A DNA stretch of 64,000 bases from contig OZ223519.1 of the NCBI GenBank assembly GCA_965140785.1, positions 288,001-352,000 of the forward strand, read 5' to 3'. Position numbers and translations under genes: made by a program. Source of the stretch: an uncultured Ruficoccus sp. Lineage in GTDB: Bacteria > Verrucomicrobiota > Verrucomicrobiia > Opitutales > Cerasicoccaceae. Positions 59,326-64,000 of the stretch are shown piece by piece; within the stretch, counting starts at the first letter, position 1, and every line of letters starts with the position of its first letter. The notes under the pieces are model-generated. The model saw only the letters and a list, made by a program, of their open reading frames with translations, was not told the origin of the DNA and did not search any database.

Positions 59326-60165
59326 TTAGTTGGACGGGGAGACTTCAATCACCGGGTCCGTCTCGGGAGTCGGGGGCTGGGGGGGTGAAGCGGTGGGGTC
59401 GCCCGGATCTGCAGGGTCAGGCTGTTTAAGTAAGTCATCCATCACGGGATTTATCGGCCCGGGCTGAGAGACACTAGTGATGGTGGGGGCGGCATCTCCA
59501 ATAACCTCACCGATAATGGTAATCTGTTCGCCGTCACCGAGCTCGCCAGAGCTCGAGCCGTCGGGGGTGGTGAAGGTCACGGTTCCGTTCTCTTTGGCGA
59601 AGGTGGTCGTGTAGATCGTCTGGCCGCCTTCTGTGGTGCTGGAAACCTCGGCGCCAAATTTGGTGCCACGGATACCAGCCGAGCCGACGGGGGTGTTGAC
59701 GACATACTCGGAAGACGAACTCAGGTGCTTGGTTTCACCGGCGATCATACCATTTTGGAGGGATACCTTGGTGACAGACTTGCTCGGGTCCTGGACCAGG
59801 GTCAGGTAGGAACCGGCGGAGGGGTCAAAGGATTCCTGTTCGAACTCGTCGATCTTGAGCTCGGAGTTCGGGCCGAGGCGGATGGAGGAGCCGTTGGAGA
59901 GAATCACCACGGCGGTGGCGTCCTTACCCGTGTTGATGGTCGTGCCATCGCGGAAGATCGCGCCTCGCTTGAGGGGCGTGGTTTTCCCGAAGGTGTCGGT
60001 GATGGTGACCTTGCCTTTGACGAGGAAGGCCTTGATGTTGCCCTTTTGGAGACTGTCCACAGTACTTACTGTGTTATCCAGCATGTCTTCCTGGAGTTGC
60101 GCTTGGATCGCCAAGGGGAAAAGTGTTGCCGCGAATGCGGTCAGGCAAATGAATTTTTTAATCAT
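59326..60165 (-). CDS. Exported FecR-domain protein with a Pro-rich tail
   Basis: Signal peptide, INTGKDATAVVILSNGS.IRLGPNSEL, VNTPVGSAGIRGTKF. Confidence 0.8.
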   Translation of the reverse strand: MIKKFICLTAFAATLFPLAIQAQLQEDMLDNTVSTVDSLQKGNIKAFLVKGKVTITDTFGKTTPLKRGAIFRDGTTINTGKDATAVVILSNGSSIRLGPNSELKIDEFEQESFDPSAGSYLTLVQDPSKSVTKVSLQNGMIAGETKHLSSSSEYVVNTPVGSAGIRGTKFGAEVSSTTEGGQTIYTTTFAKENGTVTFTTPDGSSSGELGDGEQITIIGEVIGDAAPTITSVSQPGPINPVMDDLLKQPDPADPGDPTASPPQPPTPETDPVIEVSPSN

Positions 60166-60298
60166 GGTGCAGGTAGATGATTGGTTTTAGAATTATACAC
60201 AACCAAACTATCCTTGGGACGCCATGCTGGCAAGCAAAATAACGGCTGCAAAAGCCCTAGGGCATTGGCTTCAGGGAGGATGAGGGGGGATGGCAGAA

Positions 60299-60631
60299 TC
60301 AGGGCGCAGCCAGTGGCAAACCCTGTCCGTCACGAAAGCTACCCTTGTTCAGAAGCCAGAAATCCATCAGTGGCCAGATGGCGAGAGCGGCCATCATCGC
60401 CGCAACGATGGCCAGGGCGGCGAGATAATGGCGACCGGTATAGGCGCTCCAACCATAGTAGCCGCCGAGCGTGCAGCAGGCCAGGGTGCTCAGCAGTTGG
60501 AGGCTACCGATGAGCGGGCGCCCGGCATAGTAGCGGTGCGCACCGAAGCTTCCCAGCGTCACACACAGGGCGAGGGCGTGGGCTGTGTCTTTGCGGCTGG
60601 AGAGCAGAGGGGGAAGAGCGGGATCGGTCAT
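60299..60631 (-). CDS. TM2-domain membrane protein
   Basis: [35 protein letters not shown]. Confidence 0.8.
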   Translation of the reverse strand: MTDPALPPLLSSRKDTAHALALCVTLGSFGAHRYYAGRPLIGSLQLLSTLACCTLGGYYGWSAYTGRHYLAALAIVAAMMAALAIWPLMDFWLLNKGSFRDGQGLPLAAP

Positions 60632-60702
60632 GTTTTTATTGGGGGGTCACATTTTTAGACTCGTTTTCTGGAAGAAAGTTTTCAAATATATTTAAAGCAG
60701 CT

Positions 60703-61461
60703 ATGCAGGTTCTTGGTATCGATGTAGGCGGATCGGGCATTAAAGGCAGTCCGGTAGACACCAACACTGGCGAAATGCTGGGCGAGCGTTTTCGTATTCC
60801 GACCCCACAGCCCGCGACGAAGGACGCGGTGCTGGAAACCATCGGGCAAATCGGCGAACATTTCGATTGGAAGGGACCGGTGGGGTGCGGATTCCCGGGC
60901 GTCATCCGCAAAGGGGTGATTTACACCGCTGCCAATCTGGACAAGTCCCTGGTCGGTGTCGATCTGGCCAAGGAGATCGGGGATGCTCTCGGTCAGCCGA
61001 CCGTGGTTCTCAATGATGCCGACGCGGCGGGATTGGCTGTGATGCGCTTTGGCGGGGGGCGTGACGAGAAGGGACTGGTCATGATTATCACGATCGGCAC
61101 CGGTATCGGGACCGCCTTGTTTTATAACGGACACCTCATCCCCAACAGCGAGCTGGGCCACACGTATATAAAGCTCAAAAAGGAGTCGGAGATTCACGAG
61201 GCCGAAGAGGTCGTGGCGGACTCTGCCCGCAAGCGGGATGATTTGAGCTGGAAGCATTGGGGGCACCGGTTCAGGGATTATCTCAAGCACATGGAGCACG
61301 TCCTCAACCCCGACCTTTTCATCCTCGGGGGCGGCGCGGCCAAAAAGGGGGATAAATTCCTGAAATACCTGAAGGTGGATACGCCCGTGAAAACGGCCAC
61401 CTTGGAAAACCGGGCCGGCATCATTGGGGCGGCCATGGGCTCACGCGAATTTGGCCAGTAG
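60703..61461 (+). CDS. ppgK: Polyphosphate glucokinase (ROK family)
   Basis: [49 protein letters not shown]. Confidence 0.88.
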   Translation: MQVLGIDVGGSGIKGSPVDTNTGEMLGERFRIPTPQPATKDAVLETIGQIGEHFDWKGPVGCGFPGVIRKGVIYTAANLDKSLVGVDLAKEIGDALGQPTVVLNDADAAGLAVMRFGGGRDEKGLVMIITIGTGIGTALFYNGHLIPNSELGHTYIKLKKESEIHEAEEVVADSARKRDDLSWKHWGHRFRDYLKHMEHVLNPDLFILGGGAAKKGDKFLKYLKVDTPVKTATLENRAGIIGAAMGSREFGQ

Positions 61462-61748
61462 AGTTGCCGGACGGCTGTTTCGCGGGGCTTTTATCAAAGA
61501 GGCAGCATTTCTGCGTGCGCACGGCTTCAGCGAGCCAGCGGCTTAGGCTGTGTCTTCAAATTATCTCACGTCGCATCTTACGCCGCTTTTTGTCTCAAAA
61601 TCCATGTCCTCACCTCGACACGTCGCGAAGATGGACATATGCATCGCAGAGACGATGCTGTAAGCATCGGAAGTGCAGGCTATGCCTGCCGCGGGCGCGG
61701 GCTGCGTAAGCCCGCAATCAATAGGCCGCGAACTTCAAACTCGGGACA

Positions 61749-62255
61749 CTAGAGCATGGACTCTTCGCCTTTTTGTTTGGCACGCTGATTGATCTTGCGG
61801 ATGACGGTGGGGCCGTAGATTTCACGCAGCTTCTGCTTACGCAGGGATACCGCGAGATCGAAGGCCTTTTTTTCGCCGTACTTGCGGATGGAAAAAGAGG
61901 TGCATTTCTGCTCGCCGGGGCGGGGCCGCCAACTGACCGAATAGCATTCGCTGACACGCCCCTGGGCGTCCTTTTTACGGGTACGGCTGACGCCCAGCAC
62001 GCCGGTGGTGTTGCGGCTGTCCCGATAGACCATGCGCCGTTCACGTGGCTTCGGAGGAATCTTTTCCAGGCTGGAGTACAACTCGTCGCGGTAGGCCACG
62101 GCGGCATTCCACGCTTCTTCACGCCCTCCGGCCTTACGGTCACTGAAGAGCCGGGAGTAGGTTTTGCCATTCCTGTAACCGCGCACGAACCAACCGTGCG
62201 TGGACCCGGAATCAATCCGGCTAATGCCTTTCGCGTTGTGTCCATCAGCCATCAT
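61749..62255 (-). CDS. Tandem AP2-like DNA-binding domain protein
   Basis: Two units: GISR...GWFVR...LFSDRKAGGREEAWNAAVAYRD and NTTGVLGVSR...YSVSW...FSIRKYGEKKAFDLAVSLR. Confidence 0.75.
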   Translation of the reverse strand: MMADGHNAKGISRIDSGSTHGWFVRGYRNGKTYSRLFSDRKAGGREEAWNAAVAYRDELYSSLEKIPPKPRERRMVYRDSRNTTGVLGVSRTRKKDAQGRVSECYSVSWRPRPGEQKCTSFSIRKYGEKKAFDLAVSLRKQKLREIYGPTVIRKINQRAKQKGEESML

Positions 62256-62534
62256 GTGCCCGGAGCCAATAGTTTACCAGTGCGTAGATTACTCTTAATT
62301 GAGCCATTATTAGAAAAAGAATATCTAATTACACCAGAAAATCAACTGATAGTTGGGATAATTAGGAAAGCCAATGAACAAAGCGCCTTACGAAAGGGAT
62401 TGGCTGTGACAATCTCTTTACACGGAGCCTGCTCCCGGTATCAAAACGCGCGCTTATTCCAATGGGTGGGACTTTCTGTGTCTTCAGTCACCCGCAGCCC
62501 TGTTCCCGTCAAACCGAAGACCGGATTAATAATC

Positions 62535-63194
62535 TTAAACTTCGACCCAGATTTTTCCTGCTGCCGAGGGGCCGATCTCCAAGGGTTTACTGCCGGGAAC
62601 CTCTACGGTGAGAACCCCGGAGGGGCTGCTGACCTTGGCCACCGTAAACCGGGTGCCCGGAAGGAGCCCCAGGCTGCGCACATAGTCGAGGAAATCGGGT
62701 TGCTGATCGGCGATATGGGCGACTTTTGCCTGCTGCCCCGGTTCGAGCTGGGTCAGCTGATGCATATGGCGGTAGTGCAGCCGTCCCTCGCGGGTCGGGA
62801 TCGGGTCTCCATGCGGATCGAAGCGCGGCTCGCCCAGAAATGCGTCCAGATGCTCCAGCAGCTTGTCGGAGACGGCATGCTCGAGGGCTTCGGCCTCGGG
62901 GTGAATATCGGCCCAATCCATTTTCAGGACTTCGGCCAGAAAGTATTCGAGCAGGCGGTGGCGCCGGAGCATGCCGACAGCGAGCTCCTTGCCCTTGTCG
63001 GTCAGGTGGACCGCCTGATTCTGGTCCTGGGTGACGAGTTGGGCTGTGGCCAGCCCTTTTACGATCGAGGTGACGGTGGTGGGCACAAGGTCCAGGCTGT
63101 CAGCGATTTCATTAATCGTGACGACACCGTTGTCGGTCTGGTCGGCCAGTAGGTAAATGTTGCGGATGTAGTTCTCGACCGTTCGGCTCGGCAT
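62535..63194 (-). CDS. DtxR/MntR family metal-dependent regulator with a FeoA domain
   Basis: TVENYIRNIY, RRHRLLEYFL, HPEAEALEH, DPHGDPIP. Confidence 0.93.
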   Translation of the reverse strand: MPSRTVENYIRNIYLLADQTDNGVVTINEIADSLDLVPTTVTSIVKGLATAQLVTQDQNQAVHLTDKGKELAVGMLRRHRLLEYFLAEVLKMDWADIHPEAEALEHAVSDKLLEHLDAFLGEPRFDPHGDPIPTREGRLHYRHMHQLTQLEPGQQAKVAHIADQQPDFLDYVRSLGLLPGTRFTVAKVSSPSGVLTVEVPGSKPLEIGPSAAGKIWVEV

Positions 63195-63538
63195 AGGAAA
63201 ACCTCTTAGGTCAGGACCGGGTAAATTGCAAAACGAATTCAGACAAATCCGTGAATCGGGTAGCAGTCATCCGCGCGAGAACCGCGAGGGTTTGGAGGGC
63301 TCGGGCGAACTTTTTTTCAGGCGCTGAATCTTCGACCTATAAAGAGTTCTTCGTAACGTGTTAAGAATACGTAATTTTTTGTAGCGTAGTTGTTAATGAA
63401 TGTGACTTCGGGCTTTATCGCTTGCCATAATTTTCATGCTCCATAGTATTACTCTCATAAACTAGGGTAAAGATATGAGTTAACCCGTCCGCGGGAAAAT
63501 CGATCATTTACCCGGTTTTTTGTCTCCAATCCCCATTT

Positions 63539-64000
63539 ATGAAGTCTATTCTCCAACGGCTGACGGGTCGCCCCGCCAAGCTAGAAGCGGTTCTTGCTTC
63601 AACGGAGGTGATCCCTCCTTCCAGGGAAGGCGCATGGATCGGGGTGGACCTGGACGGTACACTGGCCAAGTTTAAAACATGGAAAGGGCTCAAGCACGTC
63701 GGACGTCCCGTTCCGGTGATGCTGGCTCGTATTCGCCGCTGGCTGGCGGCCGGTTATCAGGTTAAAATCGTGACCGCTCGTGCGACGCTGCCGGAGTCTC
63801 TCCCTCCGATCCAGAAATGGTTGCGCAAGCACGGCCTGGAAGGCCTGGAGATCACCAATCGTGTGGACATGGATATGGTGGAACTCTGGGACGACCGCGC
63901 CATTCACATCCGTGCCAATACCGGGCAGCTCTCTCGCAGCCCTTCGGTCTTGGCGCGTCCGCGGGCTCCTCTTCTGGAGGAAGCCTTTCCCCATGAAAAT
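63539..64000 (+). CDS. HAD-superfamily protein, truncated by the window end (absent from the ORF track)
   Basis: Read by hand: MKSILQRL...WIGVDLDGTLAKFKTWKG..HVGRPVP.MLARIRRWLAAG..VKIVTAR...VELWDDRAI. Confidence 0.8.
   Translation, partial: MKSILQRLTGRPAKLEAVLASTEVIPPSREGAWIGVDLDGTLAKFKTWKGLKHVGRPVPVMLARIRRWLAAGYQVKIVTARATLPESLPPIQKWLRKHGLEGLEITNRVDMDMVELWDDRAIHIRANTGQLSRSPSVLARPRAPLLEEAFPHEN

Noticed and set aside
61773..63152. 459-aa plus-strand ORF
   Set aside because: Antisense to two credible genes (AP2-like and DtxR), with no motifs
63193..63220. Possible DtxR/MntR box (TAGGAAAACCTCTTAGG) at the regulator start
   Set aside because: Weak dyad and poor match to the TTAGGTTAGCCTAA-type consensus
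49782..64000. Genomic island integrated at tRNA-Gly extending rightwards
   Set aside because: The att-like repeat is only 187 bp from the tRNA copy, and the downstream genes are metabolic with no integrase

Overview
GC-rich bacterial chromosomal window. Gene order and protein signatures suggest Verrucomicrobiota, probably Opitutia; this is an inference with no database search. The first ~34.5 kb is the core translation/transcription superoperon: lysS, tRNA-Thr, tuf (with a 1-nt frameshift), tRNA-Trp, secE-nusG-rplKAJL-rpoBC, then the str, S10, spc and alpha clusters. The rest holds guaA, a split his cluster, gltA, a PAS kinase/sigma54 regulator pair, tRNA-Gly, a CPA2 antiporter, a six-gene biotin operon with a BirA-like operator, ppgK, a tandem AP2-like protein, a DtxR/MntR regulator and a truncated HAD protein. 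I saw no CRISPR array, prophage, integrase or transposase, and no multi-gene novel system I can support. The best second-look items are non-coding: a tRNA-Gly-linked element that re-creates the tRNA 3' end split in the T-loop by four hairpins, two MITE-like elements, and heptamer/nonamer palindromic repeats. Notable protein oddities are a stand-alone double-AP2 protein, an exported protein inside the S10 operon, RpoC lacking its second Zn site, SecY with an extra C-terminal hydrophobic helix, and BioF with a repeat-derived insertion.
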